Counted from the stretch's first letter, positions 24,408 through 38,619 are shown. The stretch: DNA of 64,000 nucleotides from Eledone cirrhosa (GCA_964016885.1 OZ024745.1:47616001-47680000); one strand, 5' to 3'. Numbers and translations: made by a program. The notes: generated from the sequence alone by a model not told the origin.

Positions 24408-24630
24408 TCATTTCATTTTCATTTCATTTCATTTTTACGTCCGCTTTTTCCCTGCTTGCAAGGGTGGGACGGGAACTGATTCTGGCTTGATTTCTACAGC
24501 TGGATGCCCTTCCTAACACCAACCTCATTTACAGTGAGTGCTGGGTGCTTTTTTGCCGTGGCACCTCCACGACCACTTTGCAGTGGAGTAATATGGACCC
24601 CAGTCCATCTCATTTCTACAGCTGAGTAAA
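24408..24630 (-). mobile_element. 5'-truncated SINE family B
   Basis: (CATTT)n tail, RTE-type 3' end and GGATGCCCTTCCTAACACC module. Confidence 0.8.
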
Positions 24631-25590
24631 AGATATTAATTGAAATAGGTGGCTTTGTTTCATAGAACCAGAGTCAATTTTAGCTAGGCTGGTATATAAA
24701 GGATCATCATTGCAAATAACAACCATTTCAGTTAACCACATGAAGTGACAAAGGTAGGGTAATAAGTTCGTATGAGATTACACTAACTCTAGTCATTTCT
24801 TTTATCCCCCTGCTCTCTTGTTTGGTCTTGCATTTTGTTTCAGCTTTATATCCATAATTTAAATTTAACTCTTAATTTCATGTAATGATTTAGCAAAAAA
24901 TGTTTTAAAAAGGGTTTGTTAATTCAAATATTTATAGTATCTTTACTATTTGAAAAATCATGAAAATTTGCAGTAAAGAATTCAATTGTCAATGTGCATG
25001 AAACAGCATTAGCAATATGTTCTTTGAAAGTACAAAACAGCATTATGGCTTTTTTTAAATGTCTTGCTAGTGAAGTACAGGATGTAAAATTCTAAATTCT
25101 TGAATTCCATTTAATGCCTTACACCTCTAAATTCAAATCCTAATGAGGCCAGGTTTGTTTTACTTCCCTCCAGGATCAATTCAATTGAGTGTAGTCCCTT
25201 GTTTTGTATAAATTAATAGTGTGCCTAGTCGAAACAATTTTTTATTAGAAGTTCAAGCTCAGAATGCAATACAGTTTTACTTCTATTTTTTTTTTTTTTT
25301 TTGAGAGAGAAGTCCTATTCAAACATTTTATGCTAATTTAAACAGTTTACCTTTTTACCCCACCTATTTTATTCTATTCACATAATATTATGTGCAAGAA
25401 CAAATTTTACATGAATATGTGTTTTTGTATGTAAACAAAACCAAATGCTAAATTAAACATTCTAATATCAACACCATTATCTAATAAATCATCTTGAACT
25501 TTTTACACAAATTAAATTTTAAGTAAATATTTCTTCTGTTTATTCAAATTTATTAATTAGTTTTGTTTAGGAAGCATTTTTGTCCATTAA

Positions 25591-25847
25591 CACTTTTGTT
25601 ACTATATTTCTAATGAAAGATACTGCTTATGGTTTTTCAAATTATTTTGAAAATAATTATGAATTTAAAGGTGGTTAATTATATAACTAACTTACCAATT
25701 ATAAATCTTGTGTTTGGAACACAACTTAACATAGGCTCTTACATAAAATTATGGTGGAACGTGTTTAAATAAACATAAACACTTTAAACTATACAGTTTT
25801 GTATCATAGAACTAGTGGCAGTTCCTGGTGGTTTAGTGTCAAAAGGG
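25591..25847. mobile_element. TTAA-flanked (piggyBac-type) MITE; relatives at 30606-30801 and ~8455-8700
   Basis: TTAA|CACTTTTG...CAAAAGGG|TTAA; interior shared with the 30606-30801 copy. Confidence 0.65.
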
Positions 25848-26044
25848 TTAATGACCATCCATTATATATTAATAGCTTTACAGTTAAATGTGATCAGCTA
25901 CTTATTTAACTTATGTTTCTGAAATCACCTAAGTTTATTTCACATTCAGTTATGATCTCACCTAATATAATATACATTTTAAAAGATCTCTTCACTTCAT
26001 CCCCGGTTAAATATTCCATAATTCTGCCATTATTAAAAATGTTA

Positions 26045-26270
26045 AGAGCAGTGAATTGGCAGAATCATTTGAGGGTCAGACAAAATGCTTTGCAGCACTC
26101 AATTATGGCTCTTCGTGTTCTGAGTTCAAATTCTGCCATAGTCAACTTTGGTTTTCATTCTTTTGTGTGTCAATAAAATTAAGTACTAATCATGTACTGG
26201 GATTGATATAGTCAACTTTTCCATCTCCCTAAATTGCTGGCTGTGTGCCTAAATTAGGAATTATTATTAA
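26045..26270 (+). mobile_element. Diverged SINE family A
   Basis: GAGTTCAAATTCTGCC..TTTCATTC..AATTGCTGGC motifs. Confidence 0.7.
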
Positions 26271-26306
26271 AACATTTTATACTCTCTACTGACACATCAT
26301 CTAGAC

Positions 26307-26601
26307 AAGAGGTTCTCAAAGTGGGCTCTACAGCCCCTGAAGGGCATTGAGAAGGTCCAGGAGGACACTGGGGCCTAAGGGGGTGGTAGAGATGATATAA
26401 TAATATATTGAATATCAAATGATACATATATATATTTATATATAGTAAAATAAAAAATATATAATGCTTATTTATGTATAGTATATATTATATTTTTTAT
26501 TTATATATTATTTACAATTTGCATGTAGGCAGGTCTCACTGGAAATAGGATTGGGGGCACTGAGGGGGGGGGGGGGGGGGGCAAAGGTTTGAGAACCTCT
26601 G
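26307..26601. mobile_element. hAT (Charlie/MER5-like) MITE
   Basis: TIRs AGAGGTTCTCAAA / TTTGAGAACCTCT(G); perfect 8-bp TSD ATCTAGAC (26299-26306/26602-26609). Confidence 0.85.
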
Positions 26602-27102
26602 ATCTAGACTAATGCAACTAAATATCTATGATTTAGAAATTATTACTTGACTCTAAACTTGTTGAATGCTTCTTAATTATTAAGATGACCAAGTTGTTTT
26701 ACCAACGTCATTTTAGCCATTCAAAACATACAAAAACTCTTAAAGTCATTTTACATTTATCATTAGTGTCAAAATTTTCATAGCATTGTAAAGTGATTTT
26801 AACAGTTTTTGTGTATTTTTTTTAATAACTAAAAAGACTCTTCCACAATGTAATTCTCTTTAGTGTCAACACTTGGTCTTAAATCAAGTCATTTGCCAAA
26901 GTAGTTTAATTTTGAAATCATTTTAAAGAGCTACACTAATATATTTATTGAGATTATTACTTGAAAGAACACAGCCCATAATATATTTCATTCAACAGGG
27001 CTATCCTTTATGTTAATTACATCAATAATTATCTATTTTAACTAATATAGATATATTTAATAATCAAATCTAACTAAATATATTTCTCATTCTATTTTTT
27101 TT

Positions 27103-27143
<41 letters not shown>

Positions 27144-27594
27144 GGGAATTTTTCTGCAATTTGTATTTTACCAATATTTCATAAAAATGAAATATTACCT
27201 GTGGGTTTATCCAGTTATATCTTCTTACCTATTCTAAATAGAGATTGACCTTTATTTGGCTATTTAAGGAGTTGTATATGGAAACTCTATTTCTAAAATA
27301 ATTTAACTTTTAGAAATTAAACAAGAGTTTACTTCTACATATTAAACAGTCTTTGGGCTCCTGAAAGTTCAGTTATTCTTTATATATATAGAGAGAGAGA
27401 CAGAGAGAGATGTGTGTGTGTATTAATAAAATATAAATGTCAAAAGTAATGACACTGTTTATCACTTGGGTAAAAAAAATATGATAAAATGTTTATAATT
27501 TGAATCCAGCGCTTGTGTCTTTCATAAAACTTATCAAGACATAAATTTAGTTGTTATTAAAAGGATGTGTGTGTGTGTATGTAAATATATATCC

Positions 27595-29010
27595 TCATCA
27601 TCATCATTATTTTGCGCCCATCTTTCCACACTTGCATGGGTTGGACAAGTTCATCTCAGTACAGCATCTCTCTACTTGTCGTGTTCCTTTGTCATCTCCT
27701 CCATGAGCTTTAGTGATCTGAAATCAGCTCTCATCTCTTCCATCCAGGTCTTCCTCCACTGCAGCCTCCCTCTACTGGGATAACTTGGTACTTCTTCACC
27801 CAGCAATCATACATGTGCACCACATGTCCATACCAACACAAACATCTTTCCTGTTAGTCTGTCTGATATCTCACAACACCTCATGTGTACATCATATAGA
27901 GTTTATGCCTACTCCATTTCTACATATCATGCAAAGCCTCTTCCCTGATGAGATTGGTGCCCTATCTTCATTCCTACTTATTAACATTTTGGTCTTTGCC
28001 AAATTTACTCCTAATCCTTTTGATTCTAAGTTCTGTTCCCACAGCCGGAACTTATTCTCTAGTTCTTCTACAGATCCAGCTATGAGGACCAGATCATCAG
28101 CATACAGAGGTTCTCATGAGCAACCAGTCTTAACTTTCTCTGTTATGGCCTAGAGGACCAGGAGTGGACTAAGAACTGAACCCTAATGCATTCTTACCTG
28201 TACCTAAAATTTCTCAGTAAACTCACTTCATATTCTCACTTTACTTATAACTCCACTGGCTTGCACTGCTCTTACAAGCCATTCTTCTACACCTAGTTTC
28301 CTTCAGGACCACCAGATAACCAATCAGGGTACTCAGTCAAAGGTTTTCTCTAGATCAACAAAAGATAGATATAGAGGCTTACTATTAACTAAGAACTTTT
28401 CTTGTCTTGCCAAAAAGAGGGCATCTGTGTGCTCCTCCCTGGTATGAAACCAAATTGCATCTCATCTAATTTGACTTTTTTCCTAATTAGTTGTGCTAGA
28501 ACTCTTTCTGTCACTTTCATAACTTGGTTCATTAGTTTTATTCACCTCGAGTTGCTCCTTTCTTGGGCCTCACCTTTTCCCTTGCAGCAATTAATGATTA
28601 TACTGCTGCACCTGTCATTGGATATAATCCTGTCTTGTATTATCTGATTGACTATACAGGCGACTAGTTCAACTCCTACTTCTCCAGATGCTTTCAGCAT
28701 CTCAGTGACTATCGCAGATGGACCTGCGGGTTACCATTTTTCATCTCTTTAATTACTTCCTTGTCAATAGCTGGTCCCTCTGTGGGGTCAGTTGGGGGGA
28801 GTCTCCCTTCCTCCCATTCATTCTCCACATTCATAAACCTCTTATAGTAGCATTTCCAACCTCTTTCTTTTGAGCATCAGTGATGCTAAGAGCACCAGTG
28901 TCATTTCGAACACCTGATCTACCTTTCAGTGTTCCCACTTCGAGTGTGGCAGTTCTGAGATCAGTTGCCTGGTAATGGTGATTTTGTACTTCTTTATACC
29001 TGGAAGGGAA
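27595..29010 (-). mobile_element. Decayed, internally deleted RTE LINE
   Basis: LRTATLEVGTLKGRSG (EN start) joined to RT remnants VDLEKTFD, LYADDLVLIAGS; (GAT)n tail at 27595. Confidence 0.85.
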
Positions 29011-29701
29011 TAGGGGTGTGCAACTGCTTGATGATGGTCGAGGCGTTTTCACTCATTGCTATGTTAACCACCCCACTATCATACGCAACACTAACATAAC
29101 TAATATATATCTGTGTGTGCATGGCAAAATGAGCACAAGGCAAAAACACTGGTAAGACACTAGTGTGTTTTTGCTTCCATTGTGTTATCTTTAAATGAAT
29201 ATGCATGCAGAACTATTTCACTACATAGCAAGTATCCAGGTCCCAATTCTTTGACCTACAGCCAAAGAGCCAAAAGCAATATATAGTCAGAAATGATGAC
29301 AAACAGCTTTGTACATGGAGTGGGGTATAAGGGGGAGAAACAAGAATATAGAATACTTAACATTAAATACATTTGTTTCTTCAATCTCTGCTTTACATTG
29401 AAAATTTATAGAGATGATGGAATGGAGACTTCTTTTTTTAGTAATACAATATAAAATACTAAACTAACTGGATTCAAAACTTTATCCTTTTACATTGAAT
29501 AATAAATTGATATTTCTATCACAAAAGTTAAAAAAAAAAGAACAGGAAATTATTCTTCCAAATGGAAATCAATAGAAGAAAAAAGGATATATTGCTTGAA
29601 TGATGTGAAAAATATTTTATGAATAATGTATATATTGTAACTTTCAGAATATTCAAAAGACAGGAGAGAACTCAAACTCTAGGAAGAGTTATAATGTGTT
29701 A

Positions 29702-29910
29702 TTTATTAAACTACCATAAATCTAGTGCTTAAGTTAATTTTTACTTTTTTGCTTAGGAAAATTAATTTATGTAAGTCGTCGTGTGATGCTATATATTTCA
29801 AATATGATGCCATCTAATGGTTTGCATAAGTTAGTTTTTATTTTTTCACTTAAGAAATTAACTCACAGCAATGAAACATGAAATGCCAGATTTATGGTAG
29901 TTTAATAAAA
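29702..29910. repeat. Fold-back / MITE-like element
   Basis: TTTATTAAACTACCATAAATCT ... AGATTTATGGTAGTTTAATAAA plus internal palindromy. Confidence 0.65.
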
Positions 29911-30605
29911 TTCACACACATGCACACACATATATATATATAAAGCTTAACATGACGAAGTTTCCCTTTGAACGTTTTTATTTATCATCCATCATTAAAT
30001 ATGTTTCACAGCTGATTGCCCCTTGAGGTCTGTATGGATGTGATGGACTGAACAACGTAAACTAAATTATATTTATATACACACACACATATGTATATTG
30101 TTTCCTAGATAATATCCTGGTAAAAAATGCATTCTACTAGGAATCAAAACCGTTTAGGACTGAATTCAACTCCTTTTACAGTGAATTCAGCAACTCTAGA
30201 CAAGTAGTCTCAAGTCAACCACCTGTTTGTTTACAGATATGAACAGGTGTTAACTTTGTGACCAATGTCAGAAGAAGCAACTTTTTAAAGAATCAAGAAT
30301 TGTTAAATATTTATGTTAACTCAACCACATTGAAATCATGTTTACCAATTCTAACAACTAAACATACTAATAGAGTTATTAGTATGTTTAGTTACACCAA
30401 AACAAACATACATTGACTAATTCAAGTATTTATTTTCAAATCAAGATTTTATTTATTTTTCACTTCTAGCTTACATTTAATTTGTTTTGAATGTTTAAAC
30501 TCAGTGATTGACAATGTGGTCCAGGTGGACCCTTAGTGGCCCATACCAAAATTTTGGTGGTCACCTCTGGGGTTTATGTCCTACTGTGTTGCATAATGCA
30601 ATTAA

Positions 30606-30801
30606 CCCTTTTGTTATGATATTTATAATGAATGACACAGCCTATGACTTTCTCATTATTAAGTTTGGAACATAATTTGAAAAGAGCTCTTACATAAAAT
30701 TATTATGGAATGATGTTAGATGAATATAAACACTTTAAAATAGAGTTTTGTATCATAGAATAGATCCAACAGTGGTTTCAGACAGTTTGGTTTCAAAAAG
30801 G
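30606..30801. mobile_element. TTAA-flanked MITE
   Basis: TTAA|CCCTTTTG...CAAAAAGG|TTAA. Confidence 0.65.
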
Positions 30802-31420
30802 TTAAGAGTAAATTTAAATTTGATGGTCCATCAAATTTTGCATGTGAAATTTTGTGGACCACCTTCTTCTGAGAAAGGTTGTGCATCATTAATTTAATTA
30901 CCTGTTACATACATTGGAAGAGGTAAATTCAGATTGCTACCATTAATCTTTTAATCTGTTTTGTAAATTATTAACAGCAGTTGAAACCTAATGAATTCTA
31001 AGTAATCTCCTTCCTTCTTCCCATTTCACATTTTATACTAACCTGTTTTTTTGTTTTGTTTTGTTTTGTTTTTCTAAATGATATATCTATTATTAATGTC
31101 AATATTTGACTTTAAAATGTAATTATGTGTATTTGCTATTATCATGTGAAACTCAAGGGTCGTTATACGCAGGCAGTCGCTATTTATTTCAATATACCAT
31201 TACATATATGGCAAAAATTACATTGGCTAAAAACAAAAAGTTCTGCTATTTTGTTGACCATGTTAATTCTATAGAAATAGAATGTTCCCAATTGTGATAA
31301 TATTCTATGAAATATTATGCATGTTACTGCAGCTACAAAGGCTGCATTGTTGATAGAATTTAGTACAGTGTATATAATTTGCTTATACGGCATGTATAAT
31401 AATAATATATATATATATAT

Positions 31421-31471
<51 letters not shown>

Positions 31472-31603
31472 TATATATAATATATATATATATAAAAGAA
31501 TAATAAACTCTTACATACATTAACAAACGAATTTGTGTTGTTTTCATTTCTATTTTACCTTTAATGGCTATGTTTGCTATATTATTATGTCATACTACAG
31601 TGA

Positions 31604-31870
31604 AGGCACGTGGCCTAGTGGTTAGGGTATTAGACTTACAATCAAAATGTTGTGAGTTTTATTTCTGGACCAGGTATTGTATTTTGTTCTTAAGCTTATC
31701 AATAGTAATAATAATGAAATTATTGTGTACATTGCTTAGGTGCACTACAACTCATCAAAAGTGCATGTATAGTACATAGAATAATGTACAAATGTCAGGG
31801 AAGTGAACAGTGTATGAGTCATGATATACATACAAACACAATCACCTAGGGTGCCAGATGCTAAGGCTAC
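31604..31870 (+). mobile_element. tRNA-SINE head interrupted by an inverted (ATT)n-tailed repeat also seen at 36965-37070
   Basis: A-box TGGCCTAGTGG; 31705-31800 is the reverse complement of 36975-37065. Confidence 0.55.
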
Positions 31871-32829
31871 TGTGTCATGTGTTTGAATTATTCTAAATAA
31901 AAACGAGAAACTGCAAACATAATAAAATATAATGTGAAAATTCCTTAAGGGAAGTCAAGCTTTTTTTAAAAGGTTTTATTGGTGAACATAGAAAGGGAGT
32001 GACAGTTGTCTGGGTCAAGAATAAGAAAATCCATCCAGTTTGCAGTAAGAATCGTCATCATCCTTCTCATCCTCATCATTGTTTAATGTCTGTTTTCCCT
32101 GCTAGCAAGGATTGGACATGTCATCACAGCCTTTGAGATGGTGCAGGGACCACATCTCACTTACATGCATTTCCATACTCTATCAATTGACGCAATGAGC
32201 AAGGGGCCTGACTTATGATCCTACACTCTACTGACTGCATTTTATAGTGGCACCAACACTAGGGAAGCTGTCATGTCTTTGACATAGCTGAAAAATCCAC
32301 CCAACCCTTTTGAAGGTTTTCTACAGCTGGATGAAATGTATAAGTTAAATGACAAAGGGTTAGTTAGGGATTACTTTCCAAGATCCCTGATGCTTCTAAA
32401 CAAGGTGACCATTTTTGGTATGGGGCAGCAACTTCAAAGATCATCCAGTAATGAAGTCAAAGAAAAGTTTTGAATGGTAAATCATGAGGTCTAAGAAATA
32501 AAAGTGGTATGTCATGATGAGTAAATGCAAAGGGTTGTGAGATTGTCTGATTAACAAACAGGATGTTATAACTTTAGCTCTGAGAGGAGGCCATTGTTAT
32601 TTCAACACTTGTTTTTCTGTTTCCTGTGGGTCTGAACTGATAACTATGAGTAGTATAGCCTGCTGAAATGGGAGTAAATGATTTTATAAATTTTCTGAAG
32701 TGTAAATATTTATCTGGCTGCTCTTTTTGCAATCATCAGATAAGATAAAATATATAGTAGTCAGTTGCATAAGTGTACTCTAACTGTTGAATTTTGAAAA
32801 TTAACCTTGACAATAAAATATAGTTTGAA

Positions 32830-33330
32830 GATGGCTATAATGCATGGCTCGAGGTCATCACAGATGCCCACTGTCTTTGATTCTCTTTACTTTGGCCATC
32901 AACTGGATTCTCAAAAGGGCAACAAAAGATAAGGGGATTGACTGGCTAGAGGAACAAAAGCTTTCAGATCTCGATTTTGCAGATAATACTATGGCCATGG
33001 CCAAAATTACACCTGACTTGCAGTATCTGATAGATGAGACAGGGTCCCCACCAGCATCAGTTTCAACATCAGTATTAAAAAGATGAAGAACATGCTAGAT
33101 GGTATACATTCATGACCAACAAATGTCTGCATCAATCAGAAGTTCTACCAACATAAGTGGGAACGTGGTGAAAGAAACTAATTGCAGAATAGGCAAAGCT
33201 CCAGTTGCCTTTGAACAACTCAACAAGATCTGGAGAAATAAAAACTTTCACTTGGTACCAAGATGAGATTTTACAACATACTTTCAATGCTCCAGTATGG
33301 GTGCAAAACATGAAGTGGAAAGATCAGCCA
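32830..33330 (+). mobile_element. Decayed RTE-like RT fragment
   Basis: CPLSLILFTLAINWILKRA...LSDLDFADN, followed by CRIGKA.VAFEQLNKIWRNK. Confidence 0.75.
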
Positions 33331-33600
33331 CAAGAACCAATTTAATGTTTATAAAATCAAACTAATTGAAGAGACTGTCACTTCTGAAGGAAAGAATGAT
33401 TGTGTACATGAATCAAAAACATCACAATCACATTTGAAACATTGTTTTAAACACTTGGGAATTTTAAAAGTAAATTTGAAAAATTCTCTCAAAAGAAATA
33501 TCAACCCGATAAGATCAATACATCATTATGGACAGGTTGTATACTATTAATAAACAATACCGTTTTTCCAAACATGCAAATAGATGTAATTTTTTTATGA

Positions 33601-34152
33601 CAGGGTGGGGCAGAAAGGTTGCCCCGATTTCAAAGGTTAATAAAAAACAAACACATGATCATAAGAGAAAAAACTTTAATTTTATAATAAGTACATAACA
33701 TGCCATTGTGGTTTAAGTGGCAGATGCATGTTTTCGTGCGGAACGTCTGGGAGACTGGTGTATTGAATCTGCCACAGCTGCTACATTTTCTGGCTCTGTA
33801 ACGGTCCTAGGACGGCCAGGACTTTTTCTTTTTTAAAGCCGATGATGTTTGTCTAAAGTTAGAAACCCACAGATGAATTGTTTTTCCATCCGGTACGGGA
33901 TCATGATGATGAAGCACAAAGTGTCTTTGGAAGGAACACTGCGTCGTTACGACGGACTCACCATTCTTAAGAAGCTCTTCCACAACAAATGCACGATGAT
34001 CTCCACTCCAGGCCATGCTGGGGTACTACCTGAAACAGAACATTAATGGCATGTTATGTACTTATTATAAATACAAAGTTTTTTTCTCTTATGATCATGT
34101 GTTTGTTTTTTATTAACCTTTAAAATTGGGGCAACCTTTCTGCCCCACCCTG
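33601..34152 (-). mobile_element. Internally deleted Tc1/mariner-superfamily transposon retaining the N-terminal HTH (DUF4817-type) region
   Basis: ~108-bp TIRs starting CAGGGTGGGGCAGAAAGGTTGCCCC, right flank TA. ORF 34016-33807 MAWSGDHRAFVVEE..WVSNFRQT, then after a frameshift GRPRTVTEPENVAAV..SPRRSARKHA. Confidence 0.9.
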
Positions 34153-35045
34153 TACGAAAATTAACAGCTGTGAACATTTTCTTAGGTGTTTATTCAGAGG
34201 GTAACCAATAAAATTTATTGCATTTATTGCAAAATATTTGACTTCTCAAATAAGTCTTCTTTTTTTTTTTTTAAAGGAATATCTGAAATTTATGACTGGA
34301 AGCATGCTTGTGAGTATTTGCAATTACATGGAAATTCAGTATATTATCTAGAATAGAGATGAATGTGAAAATATATATATGTTTATGCATAATATGTATG
34401 AGTCTCACTATGAATGTTTTAAGCTGTGCACTCAGCTACTGTGATATGATCACACCTTAAAACACTCATAAAGAGATGTATACATTTTTATTATACATAA
34501 ACATACCATATATACCTCTTATGAACCATTTAGTGTTGTTGCTAATCAACTGGAATGTCCAGAGGAGTTTGAGACATCACTGTAATTGCAGACTAAAAAA
34601 GGGATTGATAAGGAGATGCTATGACATGTAAGAATAGAATGGGGATATTTGTATAATTTGGAAATGCATAAAGCAGACTGCTCCGTTTTGTTTTGAACTG
34701 TTTCAGCTCCACATTTGAAAAAAGGGTAATAGCCCTGAAATATCATGTTGAAATACATTGGGTGAAACATTACTTTGTTTTGTTTGTCATCATTTGTCCT
34801 TTATATATTTCTCATGCATTGTACCAGCTTTTTGAAAATTATCAGCCACTTATTACACATTTCACAATGTTTTGTATTAACTACACTAATATATATCATC
34901 ATCATTTTACGTCCACTTTTCCCTGCTTGCAAGGGTGGGACAGGTCCTATTCAGCTCAGCATCTCTCCACTTGTCATGGTCCTTCGTCATCTCTTCCTTG
35001 TTTATATTTATGTCGCCAAACTTTTTCGGTTGTATATATATATTA

Positions 35046-35790
35046 TCATCATCACCGTTTTACGTCCGTTCTTCCACGCTAGCATGGTTTAGACGGGTTG
35101 TCCTGTTGTGGTCAGTAGCCGGTCGGCTGACCATGACTTGCTGATACAGGAACTGATTCTGGCTTGATTTATACAGCTGGATGCCCTTCCTAACATCAAC
35201 CTCATTTACAGTGAGTGCTGGGTGCTTTTTTTCCGTGGTGTCTACACGTCCACTTTACAGTGTGGGCTGGGTGCTCTTTTGCCGTGGCACCTCTACAGTG
35301 GGAGGGTGTGGGGGCATATTGTCTATATGCTTCAGCTTTGGCTTGTACCCCTGGGGGGGTCGGGTCTTCTGTATTACTGCGTGACACCAGGTCATGGTCA
35401 TGTGTCATCGCCTTTGAGAGGTGTAATTGGGTAAGGTCGGCTTTTATCACCTCATCCTAGGTCTTCTTGGGTCTCCCCACTCCGCGGTTTCCATTGACTT
35501 CTAGTGCTCTGCACCTTTTTATGCAGCTGTCATCCTTCATGTCCATACCAACGCAACCGCCTCTCCTGCAAGCAGCATTTGATTCCTCTTAAGCTCAGTC
35601 TCTCTCTCAATTCGTTTATGCTTTGCCATTCACGTATATTACTATTACACATCCATCGGAGCATGCAGGCTTCGTTTCTTTCTAATCTATGCAAGTCTTC
35701 TACAGACAGCGCCCAGGTATCACTACCATGTAGCATTGCTGTTCGTATACACGCATCATACAGTCTGCCTTTTGTTTTGAGGGAAAAGCC
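35046..35790 (-). mobile_element. RTE ORF 3' end + SINE-B body + RTE tail chimera
   Basis: MLHGSDTWAL..RRLRWYGH; inverted relative of 44162-44870. Confidence 0.85.
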
Positions 35791-36663
35791 TTATATATAT
35801 ATATATGTATGAGATTTGTATGTATATATATATGCATGTGTATATATATATATATACACACACACAAGGGGTGATAGTTTGTTTAAAGCATTTTGGAAAT
35901 AAACTGCTACCAGGAAGGAAATCTATGGACCCCCATCCTTGATATTATTTGGGGACTAATAATTTGCTAAGGTAACTTTGTCATTCTTCTTCTCCCCATT
36001 TTATTTTCTCTCTCAATTCCCTCCTGACTTGTTACCTTGGTAATCTAACCCATTTACATTGAATGGCTTTCTAAACACACATGCCCACTTTTCAGTATAT
36101 ACTCTTTTCAATATATGCACCAAAAAGATGTATACACACTTTAGCAACATTCTTATAAATATTGCATGTACAGGTAATCAAAATATGTATACATTTTTCA
36201 AGGCCTAATTTTGGCCATCTCCCCAAATTTTAAGAGCGATTAAATTTGTGACAATAGAAAGGGCAGCTTGATTCAATTGAGAGTTCAAACATATATAAGA
36301 TGGAGAAGTGACTGCAATATAGTGGTAGTGGCACTGATCTGTTGAGTCATTCAACATGTTACCTATTTATAATTAGGCTGATACAGTTCAGTTTCTTAGC
36401 CAAGTACACATCAAAATACCAGTAATACCAGCAGGTCAACATCTCAACTATTCAGTCAGCTGTGGTTTTCAGGCTTCAGATGAGATGACATTTGCTTGCG
36501 CCAATACTCTTCAACTGACTCAGTATTTTGAATAATCAAGTGTCATACTTGCACTGTTCCTATTCTATTTCTTGGCTTCATAATCACTTTTTGTTCACTC
36601 ATTCTTTCTTACAGATATATTCTCTTATACTGGATAATAGTCATCTTGGGATACCACATTTAA

Positions 36664-36861
36664 CCCTTTAGCATTTACATTACTCTATATTTACTATTAT
36701 ATTTTCACAGTAAAGGCTTTATCTCACATAATATCGAATCTATGAGATTTTGATAGTATTTATTTTGAGAACAATACCTTAACATCACTATGAGCAGCCA
36801 GTTTGAATAGAAAGAGGTGAGAGAATTCTGGCCGGATATGGCCGGTTTAAATGCTAAAGAG
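36664..36861. mobile_element. TTAA-flanked MITE (second family)
   Basis: TTAA|CCCTTTAGCATTTA...TAAATGCTAAAGAG|TTAA. Confidence 0.7.
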
Positions 36862-37179
36862 TTAAAGGTTTTTAGTCAATTATATCAACACCAGTATTTA
36901 GTTTGCTACTAGAACCACATGGATGCCAAGTGAACTTAGCAATATAGTCATATAATTGATAAGTTTTTCATACATGACGTTTGTACATTACCCTATGTAC
37001 TATACATACACTTTTTGATGAGTTGTAGTGCACCTGAGCACTGTACACAATATTTCATTATTATTATAATTAATAATTAACTTTGCCTTTCATCCTTACG
37101 GGGTCGACAAAATAAAGTACCAGTAATGTACTGGGTAATTGCTGGCCTTGTGCCAAAAGTAGAAACAATTATTATATCA

Positions 37180-37945
37180 TAGTGCTAGTATCACGATAAA
37201 ATGCATCTAATACAGTATGTAAAAGGGTAGTGCTGGTGCCACGATAAAATACTGTACAGTCTGTAAAGGGGTAATGCTGGTGCCACGATAAAATGCACCC
37301 AGTACAGTGTATAAAGGGGTAGTGCTGGTGCCTCGATAAAATGCATCCAGTACAGTCTGTAAAGTGGTAGTGCTAGTATCTGTAAATACACCCTTTACAC
37401 TGTAAAATGGTGATGCCGGTGCCATGATAAAATGTATCCAGTACAGTTGTAGAGGGGTAGTGCTGGTGCCATGATAAAATGCACCCAGTACAGTCTGTAA
37501 AGGGGTAGTGCTGGTGCCATGATAAAATGCACTCAGTACAGTCTGTAAAGGGGTAGTGCTGGTGTCATGATAAAATGCACCCAGTACAGTCTGTAAAGTG
37601 GTAGTGCTAGTATCTGTAAATACACTCTTTACACTCTGTAAAATGGTGATGCCGGTGCCATGATAAAATGTATCCAGTACAGTTGTAGAGGGGTAGTGCT
37701 GGTGCCATGATAAAATGCACCCAGTACAGTCTGTAAAGGGGTAGTGCTGGTGCCATGATAAAATGCACTCAGTACAGTCTGTAAAGGGGTAGTGCTGGTG
37801 CCATGATAAAATGCACCCAGTACAGTCTGTAAAGGGGTAGTGCTGGTGCCATGATAAAATGCACCCAGTACAGTCTGTAAAGTGGTAGTGCTACTATCTG
37901 TAAATACACCCTTTACACTCTGTAAAGTGGTGGTGCTGGTGGCAT
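37180..37945. repeat. 48-bp minisatellite (~16 units) with higher-order structure
   Basis: Unit GTAGTGCTGGTGCCATGATAAAATGCACCCAGTACAGTCTGTAAAGGG; a variant unit recurs at ~37368, 37601 and 37885. Confidence 0.9.
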
Positions 37946-38619
37946 TATAAATTGCGGAGGGGTGGGGGAAGAGGCTGATTGCGAGCATGGTGGAGGTCAG
38001 ATTAATAAATGCACACGGGGAAAAAAAAAATGTTCCCACTGAAATTGAGAGGGATATCCTATAGAGAATTATGTCAAGGAACACGGAGGACCATTCCATT
38101 CCATTCCACTTTTGTGTATATTAAGTGTATACTTAGCCTTGCGAGCTTGAATGGCTCTTCCAGCACGTCTCCCTCACCATCCTCCGGTGAAAGGTCTTCT
38201 CCATTCTGTCTGCCAGTATGTGGGGCCCCATTTGCTCAAAATATTGAGAGATGGAAAAAAGGGGAAAGACGGAGGCAGTGACAGTGGGAGTTTAGTTCTT
38301 TTGTGTTCGGACCTTGTGTATATGTTTCACAGACTTACTAAGTTTAGCTCATTGCACTCTAAAATGGTCAAGAAATGCAGTGTATACTTACAATACATTC
38401 CCTAAAACAACATTATGCATCCAATCCATTCCACATTTGTCTCTATTTTATCCTAATATTTCCATATTCTCCTATTTGCAAATTCTGAATACAATTTTTT
38501 TTATCATGCGTGTATATGATTCACAAATAGTATTATTTTACAATAAATACAATAAGTACACAAATAAATAAACATATAGTACTCTATAGTAGATTATTTT
38601 TAAAAAGTGTATTCTTGCT

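Noticed and set aside
30010-30300. Exon-like blocks with AG/GT signals
   Set aside because: Weak donors and no sustained reading frame.
37180-37945. Regular repeat array resembling CRISPR, or a 16-aa repeat protein
   Set aside because: Contiguous units without unique spacers, eukaryotic context, SINE-derived; the ORF results from the unit length being a multiple of 3.
38009-38405. GC-richer ORFs downstream of the minisatellite
   Set aside because: No recognisable domain or splice signals; more likely a decayed LINE fragment on the minus strand.
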